From the NCBI GenBank assembly GCA_034780895.1, contig JAUZTB010000069.1, forward strand, positions 11,992,669-12,056,668: a stretch of 64,000 nt of DNA, written 5' to 3'. The notes beneath the pieces are model-generated. The model was not told where the DNA came from. It did no database searches and saw only the letters and a program-made list of their open reading frames with translations. The translations under genes were made by a program, and so were the position numbers. This document shows positions 1-13,699 of this stretch, one piece after another. Source of the DNA: Rhynchobatus australiae (taxonomy: Eukaryota). Position 1 is the first letter of the stretch; each line of letters begins with the position of its first letter.

Positions 1-17
1 AGTGTCCCAGAACTTAC

Positions 18-164
18 ATTTTTTTCATCAATAGATTCAGCTGCTTTCGTGATTCCATCAAGACACTTTCCAATGATAGGAATGACCTGTCTGTCAACCT
101 CAGAAAAAGTCTTCATTGAATCTCCAATTCTAACTATTCTCCTCTCATCCAGATCTTGAATTTT
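18..164 (-). CDS. FNBP1: FNBP1 coding exon 8 equivalent (C-terminal part of F-BAR)
   Basis: gtttcag|[49 protein letters not shown]|gtaagt. 147 bp, phase 0 to 0. Confidence 0.96.
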
Positions 165-469
165 CTGAAACAATATTAGTTAATATTTGAATTAATGAAT
201 AATCTGTATTTGTTTCGCTGGAAGAGGCTCCAGGAAGAGCCCAAATCATCTATGTATTGCCCCTTATTTAATTACCTTAATTTTTTTTAAATTGGCAGCC
301 TGTATCCTGCCTGAATTAAACTTAAAACATCATAATGGTAATGATTCAATCATTTTAAAATATTGATGATGAATCAGAGCTCCTGATATACAGTTGCCAA
401 AGATCCCAATACAAAGACAAAATGCAATGCATCAACTTTCTTGCCTTCTTTTACAGAAACTCAAAGATA

Positions 470-750
470 TATAACCTCTATCACCTAGAAGGACAAGGAT
501 TCATGGATTGTCTCCACCTTCAAGTTCCTGCACAAATTACTTATGTTTCCAAGATTTAAAAATACTTTGCCATGTAGTCATTGGCACAGTATCAACATTC
601 TAGAATTCCTTACTTAGCAGCCTTGTGGGGTTCCCTTCACCACAAGGATTGTAATGGTTCAAGATGACAGCTCGCTCCCACTGCCCAAGGACAGGTATGG
701 TTATTTAGTGTCCCCTAGCTAACAATGTCCACCTTCCAAGAATTACTTCT
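470..750 (+). mobile_element. Decayed 3' end of an ancient LINE (L2-like clade, tentative)
   Basis: Motifs cacctagaaggacaagg, ccttcaccacaaggattg and ggttcaagatgacagctc match the 3' region also seen at about 27480-28030 (+) and 40620-41340 (-). Confidence 0.5.
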
Positions 751-1024
751 TTGAAAGGCTATTATTTTGATCCAGATGCCACTTTGTTTAAGTTATAATC
801 TAAACTTAGTCCTGAATTTTTTTTCCTACATAATAAATTTAAAATTGCATTCCTTGGAGATTTTGTTCTTTTGTTAAAAAAACAGTGACTGGTTGGGCAG
901 CCAGCCTTTTATCAGCCCAAAAGGAAACTGGCCATTCTAGACATAAAGAACTCCAAATAAATAATCTGTGCAGAACCTTATTTGATGAATCTAATGCTGT
1001 TAGGATTAGTTAGGGTATAATATT

Positions 1025-2070
1025 GATGCAGAAACAGAAAATGCCTGAGATTCTCAGCAGATCAAACAACATCTGTAGAAAGAGAAACATTTAATGTTTC
1101 AGATCAATGACCTTCCATCATAGCTAAGTTAGAAAACAAGCAAGTTTTGGGGTGTGGAGAAGCACAAAAGGGACTGTCTGTGATAGAGTGGTAAACAAAT
1201 GAGAGTGGAGTTGATGGCACCTGAGAGAGTGGTAAAAGGCTTCTGAACAAGGGTAATCTGCCTTTAAGGTCAACTCTGCTTCTCTTTCCACAGATGCCAG
1301 CTGACCTACTGAGTGTTTCAAGCATTTTCTGTTTTTGTTTCAGATTTTCAGCATCAGCAGTTTCTTTTATTTTCATAGCAGTGAAGACTTGTTAATTGCA
1401 ACTGATCTATCTGTAGTAAGTATAAACAGAGGGTGAGCAATGAGGATAGAGGGGTAAAACATAACATTCATACAATGAGATACAGAACACCACAGCTTCT
1501 AGGAACACACAAGTAGGTGAGAGCATCGTAGAAAAAGAAAAATTTCAAGGGCTGCAGCATGCCTAGATGTTAGGCTATGATGGGACAATGCAAGAAGACA
1601 AAGACAGTAAGGTCAGAATGGAAATGGGACAGAGAATTAAAATGACAGGTAACCGGAAACACAGGGCCTGTCTTTGGACGGAGTGGAAGTGTTCTGCAAA
1701 GCAGTCAGCTAATTGGGGATGGTTTCTTCAGTATAGAGAAGACCACATCGTGAGCATTGAATGCAGTTCACTAAATTGGAAGAAACACAAGTGAATTGCT
1801 GCTTCACTTGAAAGGAGTGTTTGGACCCCTGTATGATAAGAGAAGAAACACCTAAAGGGAAAGATGTTGCATCTCTCATTGTTTCAAGGGAGGTACCTTG
1901 ACAAAGAAGCAGGTGTTGGTGGCAGGGGAAAGGTGAACTAGGGAATCACAAAGGAAATTGTCCCTTTGGAATTCTGAAAGGGGAATGGATGGCAAGATGC
2001 GTCTGGTGTTGACATCTCATTGATGGTGGTAGAAATTACTATGGAAAATGTGTTGAATGTGGAGGTTGGA
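1025..2070 (-). mobile_element. Penelope-like element remnant with GIY-YIG endonuclease and inverted terminal repeats
   Basis: Minus strand near 1670-1830 reads GPKHSFQVKQQFTCVSSNLVNCIQCSRCGLLYTEET...LADCFAEHF, a decayed GIY-YIG motif (recalled consensus FTCTSSNVVYCIRCSRCGLLYIGET). The terminal motif aaacagaaaatg..ctcagcag..catctgt occurs at about 1030-1130 and inverted at about 1265-1375. Confidence 0.75.
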
Positions 2071-2457
2071 GGGATGAAAGGTTGTACCATAAGTGCTCGT
2101 GAGCAAAGCATTAGGGACTTGTAAAGCAAGGATCCAACTGGGACTACAGATCAGTTGTTATAAGTAAATTAACACAGTAACAATTGATTTGCAATCCCAG
2201 TTGGGTGAAAAATGTATAAATAGAGCAAATGCATATAAATTACCTTAGCTGATGCACAATAACCGAGGTGCGACAGACACAAGGTATAGTCATCATAAAA
2301 TGTGTTCTGTGACCAAACAATTTATACGCAGACTTTCTTTGTCATTAAAAGAGCCCTCCTATCTAGTTTGACAAGTTTCAAACAAAAAGGAACACATGCT
2401 GAATAATTTACACCATTACAGCCTTATATAGGCTAAAATAATACAATTTCAGTTTAC

Positions 2458-2586
2458 CTGGAATATATTTGGTATGTTTGTGTAATAATGTTCATGCTGT
2501 TCCTTATTGAAGCTCTGCAGAATACTGCAATATTCTCCTTTACTATCCGATGCCATCTGGTGTCGGGTAAGGGCCTGCTGCCGAGC
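2458..2586 (-). CDS. FNBP1: FNBP1 coding exon 7 equivalent
   Basis: ggacag|[43 protein letters not shown]|gtaaac. 129 bp, phase 0 to 0. Confidence 0.95.
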
Positions 2587-2849
2587 CTGTCCGGAAATAT
2601 TCACAAACAATAATTTGATCCACAATGCTGTACTTGAATCTCATACTATCTTGTTTATTTTGTTTTAACAAAAATGATATTTGGGGGCCATAACTATCCG
2701 AGCCAACTTGCAAATCAGCAAATATTAGAAGAAAGAAGCAAAGGATTTGTGCACATCAAAAATGCAGGAGATAGTGACTGAGAAATATAAATTAAGAAAA
2801 CAAAAAGAAATGGGAGGGGTGTAATCAGAGGATGGTTACATCATGGATG

Positions 2850-3866
2850 GAAGCCACTAGGTTCATTGCATCCTACTAGCTCCATATAGGATCAATCCAG
2901 CTAGTCCCACTCTCTCCTCACTAGCCTGTAAATTCTTTCATAATTTTAAATAGCTTGATCGGACTCCTTCAAACACAGCTTCTCTAATCAATCCACATCA
3001 CTGAAGTACCTCACCGTTTGATTAATCTTGGTAATTCTCATCCGCACCCTCCCCAAAGCCTTCATGTCCAAAAGGGAACACAATACTCCAGCTGTGGCTG
3101 AACAGTGTTTGTAAAGGTTCATGAAGACTTCCTTTCTCTTGCTACTCTAAGATTCCATTTATAAAGCTAGGGATCCCATAGATATTTTAAACCATCTCAA
3201 CCTACCCGGCTCTTCCTCATTTCCAAGGAACAATGCACAAATATCAGATTTATTGGATTTTGTGCCACTTTAGGATTGTGCCCTCAAGCTCATACCACCT
3301 CATTCTTCTCACAAAATGTAACACTTTACATTTCTTGGTGTTAAATCTCATCTGCTACCTATCTGCTCATTCCATCAGCCTGTCTATACCTGCCTAAAGT
3401 CTATTACTGGTCTCATTGTTTAGCCTTCAAGTTCTGTCTCACTTGCAATGGTGGTAATTGGGCCCTGAGCACTTGTCCAAATCATTGACATTTATTGGTT
3501 ACTGACTTGTGGAGACCACGATACACTTCCTTCTAGTTCAAAAAAAACCCTTTCACTGCTACTCTCTCTTTTTCCCTTTCTTCCCAAGCCATTACAACCC
3601 TTTTTTATGTCATTATCTTTAATCGTGAAGACAATATTAAGTGGCAGCTTTATAAATGTGTCCAGGAAGTTCATATATCCCACATCTATTGCATTCCTCT
3701 TGCTGACACCCCACGTTATTTAATCAAAAAACTATCTTTAATTAGACATGATTTGCCTCCATGGTGACTTTCTCTGACCAATCCATTCTTGTCCAAGTGA
3801 CAGCTAATTCTGTCCCTAATCATTGTTTCTCAATTTGTCCCGACCACTCACGTTAAAGTGACAGTT
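2850..3866 (-). mobile_element. Highly decayed CR1-type LINE fragment
   Basis: Reverse-complement CR1 ORF2/3'UTR motifs: aatactccagctgtggc, ttaaatctcatctgc, ttagacatgatttgcc. Confidence 0.65.
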
Positions 3867-6800
3867 NNNNNNNNNNNNNNNNNNNNNNNNNNNNNNNNNN
3901 NNNNNNNNNNNNNNNNNNNNNNNNNNNNNNNNNNNNNNNNNNNNNNNNNNNNNNNNNNNNNNNNNNNNNNNNNNNNNNNNNNNNNNNNNNNNNNNNNNNN
4001 NNNNNNNNNNNNNNNNNNNNNNNNNNNNNNNNNNNNNNNNNNNNNNNNNNNNNNNNNNNNNNNNNNNNNNNNNNNTACTATATCAGATAATTCATGATGT
4101 TAGTATCTAAATAAATGACCAAAAGCAGATGAGCCTAAACAGCCATTTTCATAGCATATTTTTCTAATCAAAACTACTTAAAATCCACCACATCGGTCAC
4201 TGATTGCATTATGAATAAGTATGCACTCAGATTGAAATCTTTATTTCTAGTCTTTGACTTCCAGTGCAAAGCTGTTTTGAGAGTCATGCAGATGAAATAT
4301 CAATCCATTTTCATTCAATTTAGTGTGGTCCCCTGATAAATAAATATGATATTACACTACTAAGTATCAGGCATCATATTTCCTTCACTATGATTTGGTA
4401 GATGATCCGAGGGAGGGCAACTGGCCTCTGCAGCCCAGGGCAGGGAGAAATTAAAATAAGGGAGCTTGAAGTTCCCAATTCTGATTGCTTCTTCAAGGAG
4501 CTTCCTGGAGAAGTGCAGGTATAACACCACACAAGAACAGGTTTAGTCTTGGTTACGGTGTGCCCACATAGTCCATTACATTGGNNNNNNNNNNNNNNNN
4601 NNNNNNNNNNNNNNNNNNNNNNNNNNNNNNNNNNNNNNNNNNNNNNNNNNNNNNNNNNNNNNNNNNNNNNNNNNNNNNNNNNNNNNNNNNNNNNNNNNNN
4701 NNNNNNNNNNNNNNNNNNNNNNNNNNNNNNNNNNNNNNNNNNNNNNNNNNNNNNNAAACAGGGAAACATAATTCAACATAATTGCTAAAATAGCTAACTT
4801 AGTGTGGGAAAAATGTTGCAATAAATTGCAACCACTTTTTAAAACATACTTTTTTGCCAACCCACAAAAGATGTTAATTTAAATTTCCTTCAAATAATCC
4901 ACTGATTAAAAAAAACTCTACTAATATTGATGGGATTGACAAAAAAATCTAGATGACACCCACATTCAACATTTAATTTCTAAATTGTGCTCTTGTTCAG
5001 AAACCTCCAGTCTGCAGGCTTATTGAGAAAAAAATCAACAATCTGTACTTTTACAGTTTAAAAATGGAATTGATACTTTATTTACTAAATAATGACAGCA
5101 TCCTACATCCAGAATACCACCCTGCTAACATATTTATATGTAAAATATTTTAATATGGCAATACAATGTTTACTTGTGCAACAATCTCATAGAACAAAAA
5201 ACAATTTACACAGTAATTTGGCCAATTGATTACTAAATTTCACCACTACTCAGTTTTAAATCCCTGCTAGAGAAGTCAAATCCTTTACACTTTTACCTAG
5301 AAGCACTGGCCACAAAATAATTCTAATGCCCATCTTACTGAAGCCAGGAATCAAAGCCAAGTTTTATCATTCTCAAGCAAAACAACTGGACTGTGGGTTA
5401 AGATACTTTAAGCTGTAATCCTTTAGTTTAAATAAACAATTATTGGTCAATCAGTTCAGCTGGTTTAGTGTGGCAAGCCTGTGTTAAGTAATGAAAGGTC
5501 ATCAATGTGAAACATCAACTCTTTCTCTCACCACTCAATGATTTCCAGTATTTTCAGTTTATTTTTGAAGTAGGTTTCCTTAGGTAAAATCGTATTACAA
5601 GATTAAATCCATATTTATACCTACCATTACAATACAGTGATGAGCATAAATAACACATAATTTTGTGATAAATTATATTTCCCCCATTTATTCTTGCCCT
5701 GAGATTGGCCCTTCTGTTGTATTGAAGTTCACTCAGTAAATGGATGCAATAAAATTCATCAATGATATATTCTATGTTTATTTTTCCACTGAATCATAGC
5801 TATCTTATTCACTTTAAGACCAGCAGTATCAGATTCTTTATGGCTCCTGACTTTGAATAATACATACACAATAATTTCCATTATGACACAAAGGCACACT
5901 GAGGTCCCTAAAGAACCCTAATCAGTTAAACTGTTCCATAGGCAGAAAGTAGTCCTTTGTTTCATCTTTAACATAAAACCTGCGCATTACTCAGAGCTAC
6001 CAGGCTCCACTCTTCTCTAACAAACCTAATCAGTCATCAACAATGCCCTGGTTAAAAACACCAATAAATTCAATGAGGCTCATTTAAATTGGAGAAACAA
6101 AAAGGTCATTTATGGCTTGCTTACATTAAAAAGAGCTGGACTTGGGAATGAGCTGTTTAGTTTAATAACGATTCTGGTTTTCTTAAAAGGAAAGTCTCAT
6201 TAATATCTCAAAACCTATATTGGGAGAGATTTCTGATTTTTCAAAGATTGATATATCTGCACTTTGAAATCACTGAATNNNNNNNNNNNNNCTGAATGGG
6301 CTAGATGTGCTGAGTTTTGCCCTACATCCCTGAATTACACAAACACACTGCAAAACGTGGAAGTCCAGGAATGCAGATGGATTCAGAGGACTGAATCCTT
6401 TGCTAGATCAGAATCCCATCGATTTCAATGTCTATAAATAAGGAGGCAAAGAAGAAGGTCAGTTACTTCTGATGAAATCATTTTGATTTATTTTTAATTA
6501 TTTTTGTGTTTGTGGTTCTTTTATTTAATGTTGTTTTAATTGTTCAGTTTTTTTTTCCTAAACATCTCTGAATATCAGAAACATTTAAGAATGATTAAAT
6601 CAATGACAGGTTTCACAGCTTGTTGTAACTTTGCCAACTATCACAGGGGAAAGGGCCTCCACTCTTCATTAAGTGATGCCAGATAACATCCAGACTACAT
6701 CACTTGACCCCAGAATGTGGAGGGGCAGAAAGATTAGCTCTCCATAACCAGCCAAGGTAAAGACAGACATCAACCTGGATGAAAACAAGCAGTACATTTA

Positions 6801-6899
6801 TGCTTGGCAGGCTGCATCCACCCCAAACTAGTCCATAATCAAAATGAAGACACACAACAATAATTTACCTCCAATCAGCCCCTCATATACCAATAATTA

Positions 6900-8050
6900 T
6901 TAATTAATCACAAATTTAATTGCTTTTGAGGAGGTAGCTAAGACAAGGCAGTAGACATTGTCGATATGGACTTTAGGAAGGCATTTGATGATAGGCTGGT
7001 CCAAGAGGATAAGGCACACGGGATCCAAGGTGAGGCGACTAACTGGATCCAAAATGGTGAAAGGAGATACAGGGTGGTGGTAGAAGGATATTTTTTTGAT
7101 TGAAAGTCTGTGACCAGTGGTGAACCGCAAGGATTGGTGATGGGACCCTTGCTGCTTGAGATATATATCAATAACTTGGATGTGAATGCAGGAGGTATGA
7201 TTAGTAAGCTTGGGGATGACATGAAAGCTGGTGGTGTTGTGAATAGTGAGCAAGGTTGTCTAAGGCTACAGCATGAATATAGATCAGATGCAGCTGGTAA
7301 GGTACAAGTGAGGTGATGCATTTTTGGGAAGTCAAAACGACATTTGCAGTAAGTTGCTAAGGAACATTGATGAACAGAGGCACCTTGGGGTTCAAATCTG
7401 TAGCACTCTGAAAGTGGCAACACAGGTCGATAGAGTTGTGAAGAAGGCATGTGGCATACTTGCCTTCATAGGCCGGGGCATAGAATATAAAAGTTGGGAT
7501 GTTACAGTACAAAACACTCTTTAGACAGCACTTGAAGTTTTTCATGTATTTCTAGTTGTCACAGTATAGAAAGGATGAGATTGCACTGGGGAGAGAGTGC
7601 AGAGGAGATTCGCCAGGATGTTGCCTGCATTGGAGGACATCAGTTATGGCAAGAANNNNNNNNNNNNNNNNNNNNNNNNNNNNNNNNNNNNNNNNNNNNN
7701 NNNNNNNNNGGAGCATCCTGATAGAGATATACAAAATTAGTAGAAGCATAGATAAGTTAGAATTTTTTCTCCCATAGTAAGGGTATCAAAAACAAGAGGC
7801 ATTGGTTTAAGAGGAAGGAATTTTAAAGGTGATTTGAGAGGATTTTTTTTGAAACACAGAGGCAGTGGATTCAGAAATAAACTCCACCTTTAACAGGTAT
7901 TTAAACAGACACTTAAATAGGCAAGGTGAACAAGGTTACATACCAAGAGCCAGCAAATGGAATTACTGTAAGTGGACAAAAAGCTTGGCATGGACGTGGT
8001 GGGCTGAAAGGCCTACTACTGTGCTGTACAACCTTACGACTCTCTATGGT
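6900..8050 (+). mobile_element. 5'-truncated CR1/HER1-type LINE (RT domain to 3' tail), disrupted
   Basis: Translated remnants TNLIAFEEV, AVDIVDMDFRKAFD, VTSGEPQGLVMGPLLLEIYINNLD..ISKLGDD and QVDRVVKKACGILAFIGRGIEYKS. 3' tail gggctgaaaggcct..ctgtgctgtac. Confidence 0.9.
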
Positions 8051-10107
8051 AATTAGTTTCGTCCTCCAGAATTATTTAATAAGTTGGCAATTTTTAAAAA
8101 CATATTCAATGTTTTACTATTTGACTTTTTTTTTGGAGTGCAGTTTGGTATATAATACAAATATTTGTCCATTTCTCAGCTGCATTCTTCAAAACTTTGT
8201 TACCAAGACAGTTTTGATTATTTATAGCTGACAGTAGATCTCAAGATTGAAATGTCGTAAACTATGAATATGTAAATTTTAAACAATGTGCATAGCCCTA
8301 AAATATTAAATATAATCTGTGCATATTAACAAAAGTCCTCTCTCAATTTAAGTTAACTTTGCATTTGAGAGTGTGGTCACATGGAGCTTAACACAAAAAG
8401 GGCATTATTCAAGATATGGAATCAACAAGCAATTGAGCACTTATCAAACACTATCCTCAGTGTTTTGTAATATTGTACCACATTCCTTGCATTATGATAA
8501 CCTTATGATGTTCACCCAACGCCACATAAATTGGCATAGCTGCAGCTGCTTTGATTATACATCTCTATGCTATATTTTAAAAGGCCAATTTTTTTGACTT
8601 TTTTCCATAACTAAAACTTCTTATTTATGGTTTAATCTAAAGAAGTTGCTTCTGTATTCTCTTCGCAGCCTTGAGAATGTAACTACAGAAAAGGACCTAA
8701 ACTGAATGCTTTATTCCAACTGCATTCTGGGATAGCTTTATTTTTAGATGTGCCCCTTCTAATGATGCTTTTTTTTTAATCTACTATTTTTCTTTCTATT
8801 AACTCTAGTTTTAATGGGTCTCATTTTAACTACAAGCAAGAATCCGAGTTTCTTCAAGCAAGAAACTTTGAGTTTGCTGTGTTTCTTTGTAAAGATCTTT
8901 AACTTACTATAATTAAAAGATGCCTATTGATATCTAGAGTCTTTTTTGCCAATTCTCATTGCAAACACTTTACCAATCATCCTGCTGACATTTCCTTTTC
9001 CTCAGTCAAGTATGAATTTTTTAAATTGCTCCGCCTTTTCATTTGTCTCATCATCTTCATCTCCATGACTCTAGAGCTTGTTTTGAAGATATCGAGTCTG
9101 TATTGTTTCACAGTTAAACACACTACTAATTTGTGCACAGAGTCCTACAATATGTTGTATATAATTATTTTATTAAGTGATGAATGTCTTCAAAGACATT
9201 TAAAGAGTTGCCCTCTCTTCTTCAGATTGTACTTCAGAATCTTTTACATTTACCTGAAAAGTAGGTACTTTATCCTAAAAGCAATATTCCACCAATACTA
9301 AAGTGTTAGTCTAATTTATTAGTTCAAGGCTAGATAGGTTCATCAAACCACAGACTCAGGAACAACAGTGCTATCACTGACTTAAATTGACACTGAGAAG
9401 AAATGCAATTTTCACTAATATTGTCACCATCAGGCAGAAGCACCATAATGTAGGAATGAACGGAATACATGCAAGTGCACTTAAACTGAGTGGTCAAATC
9501 TATTACCATCTTGCCATCATCTTTATGTACTTATCATCAATGGCAGTAGTACCCCAGTATTAAAAACTAGGTGGCATAACTCTAATCTTAAAGGCAGAGG
9601 GATAACACAGGGAATGACAGACCTTGCCAGTATTAACAATTTTGTGGACGTAATGCACATTCTGATTTTTTTTTAAACAAGGTTTTTGATAGCTCATCAT
9701 GTAAATGGCAAATATACAAATGGCGATGAGATGGAACACAAGGAAAGCTTCCAATGAGGTCTCAAAATTGGTTCAACCAGCGACTGCAGAAAATGGTTCT
9801 ACTTGTAATTTGTATCAATATGACATGCAATCACCAATGCAATGGCTCAGAATCTGTGCAAGTGACAGTCATTTATATGAAGCATAAGCAATTTGGATCC
9901 AGAGTGCTAAATGACATATGTGAATGTGTACAGCACATCAAACTTGAGTAAAGAAAAGTTCAAAGAAAGAAAAGTTTAACCAAATATATTTCAGCCTCTG
10001 CCCTTTCTCGACCATCTTCTGTTGAGTACATAAAGAAAGAGCTATTCGAAGTGATCATCACTTATTTGTAGGTTAGTTATTGATAGATTTCTTAGGACTG
10101 TTGCTCA

Positions 10108-10110
<3 letters not shown>

Positions 10111-10164
<54 letters not shown>
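10111..10164. repeat. (TG)27 microsatellite
   Basis: Perfect TG dinucleotide run read directly. Confidence 0.98.
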
Positions 10165-10165
<1 letters not shown>

Positions 10166-11069
10166 TGGTTTCTATAGTTGCGTCAAGTTGCAAATGTCTG
10201 CAGGGAGAGGCTTAGCAGGTGCTGAACCACTTTGTTTAGACATAAGGTTTCTGAACAAACCAGCTACACCAAATGTAGGTGCATTATCATTCTCACAACA
10301 TAGCACAAAATATTGAAAGTCAACAGGAAGCATGCTGGAAGAGTGTAGAGGAGTATTCAAGGGCATTCACGGACTTGTACCTCAATAAGGAAATGTATGT
10401 GATTTGCCTGTACTTCATTAAGGATATCATCAGTAAAGTCTCTCAAACACTGCAAACCACCTGTGCAAGTTCATAATGAGGCAAGGACTTTTTCTTCTGG
10501 CTGTCAAGGTAACAATACTGATGAAAATCTATTCACCTGACTCCATCTAGAATTGAGTTGAAGGTGTGTTCAGCATTCTGTAGTTAAGTTGACTACTGTT
10601 GCATTTGGGAGGTCACTGAGATTCGATTCATCACAAACTAACCACATCTCATTCTCTCTAACCAGAGATGAGCAGGCTAAGAGAGCATGAGGCTTTGCTA
10701 AGACTGCAAAGTTCTCCATCGCGCAGGATATCAATGATGGACCACACACTGCTTTGTGAATTTAGCATCTCCACTCTACCCCAGGCAGAAGTAATCTATT
10801 GGAACATACATTGCTGCAGGACTCTGCAAGTTCCTTTTCACACTGTGACTCAATCGTGACAGTAGAAATATGAAGTTGCATTCCAGCAGACTAACTTTGC
10901 ATGACAGAAGTTCCACAAAAGACTCATTTATTGGGTGCCTGTTGTTTGTGCTACACAGGAAGCAGCAACAATAGTCAGAAGATATTGTATCACGTGAAGA
11001 GTTGGGAACAACTGGCACAATGGAAAGGAGGACCACAAAGATCCATGCAAGCCCTTTGCCAAGTGGTTC

Positions 11070-11760
11070 CTGAAATAGATGAACTAGCTGATGTGGTATA
11101 TTTGGACGTGCAGATGTCCTTCAATAAGGTGCCATAAAGGACATTATTACAGTTAAGTAGTGTGCATCATGTATTTGGTGTAATTTACTGACATGGACTG
11201 ATTTACATACAGAACACAGTAGAATAAATGCGTCATTTTCAGGCTGGGAGGCTGCAAAGTGGTGTGCTACAGGATCCATGCTAGGGATCAAGTGTAAAAC
11301 ATCTAGTTTGTTGATGATTCAAAACAACGAGGGCTGTGAGAAGGATGCAGAGGAGTTTCAGAGGGATATAGACAAATTAAGTGAATGGGCAATAACGAGG
11401 TGATGGAACATAATTTGGAAAATTGTGAGATCATGTCCTTTGGTGCCAAATTCTTAGGGGCTTGACAGAGAAGATGCAAGGATGCTGTTTTCCTTGCCCA
11501 AGTATCAAGGGTTACTTTCCCTAAAATGTCAGCCTTTCAAAGGGTGGTGAATCATTGGAAATCTCTGCCTAAGAGGGCTGTGGAAGTTCAGTCATCAAGT
11601 ATATTCAAGGTAAACAGTGAAAGATTTTCAGATATTTAGGAATCAAGGGATATGAGATTAGTGCAGGAAACAGCACTAAAGTGAAAGGTCAGCCACAAAT
11701 GGCTGACAGGCACGTGAGGGCAAATGGCCGACTCTTGCTTCTACTTCTTATGTCCTTTAC
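11070..11760 (+). mobile_element. Decayed, internally deleted CR1 LINE
   Basis: ADVVYLDVQMSFNKVP (consensus DVVYLDFQKAFDKVPH), gatatagacaaattaagtgaatgggca, and a 3' tail ggccgactcttgcttctacttcttatg. Confidence 0.8.
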
Positions 11761-13352
11761 TCCTCCAAGATTCTTTACCTTGAATGTAGCCTTCCTGACA
11801 GGCTTCAGAAAGCATCAAACACACTACATCATGCATAATACACAGTAGGAGAGAACTTTGGAACCTGCTCTGCACAATATTGTGGTATATTTTACTACCT
11901 GTAACATAGCCAGCAACTGTTCCAGCCACAAAGCATCACACCTTGAACATCAACCTGCAACCAGGTCCTGAGCAATTGAAATCTAGCAAAGACTTCTGTG
12001 ACTGTCTAGAGTGTGTGTTATAGCCACAATACGTCACACCTTTAAGAGATACAGACTAGCTTTAACTACAGCCCAACATTCATAATATTGGCATCCTGCT
12101 GTGTCCAACCATGAACAGGAGGGTTCAGGCTGGATGGACACAGAAACCTATTAAATGAGCAGGCTGCATGAAGTTGGCAGCATTACAATCAACAGATGTC
12201 TGTAATCTAGGGTATGCTATTCAGGCATTATCTTCAAGCAACATCAACAAAAACATTTCCAAGAGCCCAAGCTTATTTTTTCTTTGTAAATTTAGGGAAG
12301 GCAACAGTAACATCCAACACAGCTAGCAGGGTAGAACCTTCTAAGCTGCAGAAATGGTGACATCTGACATCACCTTAACTACATAGCCAGAGAACAATTT
12401 TATTCACAAAAATTATATATTTTTAATGATATATATATTTCAATTGTCACAAATATAAATGCATCTCTTTTACACCTATTTTGGATGGTGAGGAAGATAC
12501 TCTAACAGTTAACATCTGGAAAGGGGTTTGGAGTTGAGTCGAGAGTCTATTTCCTGCCAGTTGCTAACGTGGAGATTAGCCACCGAGCAATTTCCATTTT
12601 TGGACCCATACCACAACTAGGTTACAAATCCAAGCCCAAGACGACCAGAAATCCAAGTTTTATTATGGCTGTGTAATCATTCCCAGAATGCCATTATTTG
12701 AGTTATTGACACTAATTATTGGAATCCACAAGCTACATCAGTCAGTCAATTTCAGTTAGTAATCATTCAATCAACCCAGCTAAAAATGAAAATTAGATGC
12801 CAATTATGTAATAGTTTAATTTCTCATCTGGATAATCTATTGTTGCAGTTACATATTAATTGAGCAGAAGCCATTTTTTTTTAAGTTTTACTCACAAGAT
12901 GTGAAATATTGTTCATATTCAAGGTTAGTATCACTAAAAGCCTTTAAGAAGATTGTGGTGAACAACTCCCTGATAAGTCAGTGGCTTGCTGAATCAATTC
13001 CAAGTCTGGAGCCATGTACAGGCTGAATATGTAAGCATGCGATTTCTTTCCCTGAAGTTCATAAGTGAACCAAATGGGTTTTTAAGACAACCCAGAACCT
13101 CTTGGTCACTTATATTGACATTAGCTCTTTATTCAAGAATTTTATTCAATTAATCACTTAACTTAAATCCCTCAGCTGTCATGGTGAATCATCAGTTCAA
13201 TCCTGTTGGATTATTAATTTAGTAACTTCACAACAATGCTACCCTGTTCTCATCCTCATTATCAAAGGCATTTCCTTCAAAAGTACTTGTGCTTTCAAAA
13301 GTGCAACAATCACTTCAATAAACCATATCAGTGGTCGCGTCACCAAGTTCTA

Positions 13353-13484
<132 letters not shown>

Positions 13485-13699
13485 CTATGATTGAATGGAA
13501 ATTTGAATTAAAAAGGAAACAAGCAGAGCACTGTCAGCTTTTAAAAGCTAGTATTAAACAACATAGACAAACTGAAAAACAAAACATTATTCTGATTTGC
13601 ATATAATGCATTGTTTTTGCCTATCTTATGACACAGCAGCTTGCTTGGGGAAGGGAAAAGGCAACAATTAGTTATCCACATTTTATCTAACATTGGAAC

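Noticed and set aside
8927-9301. 124-aa hydrophobic + strand ORF
   Set aside because: Non-ATG start, composition typical of T-rich intron and no recognisable domain.
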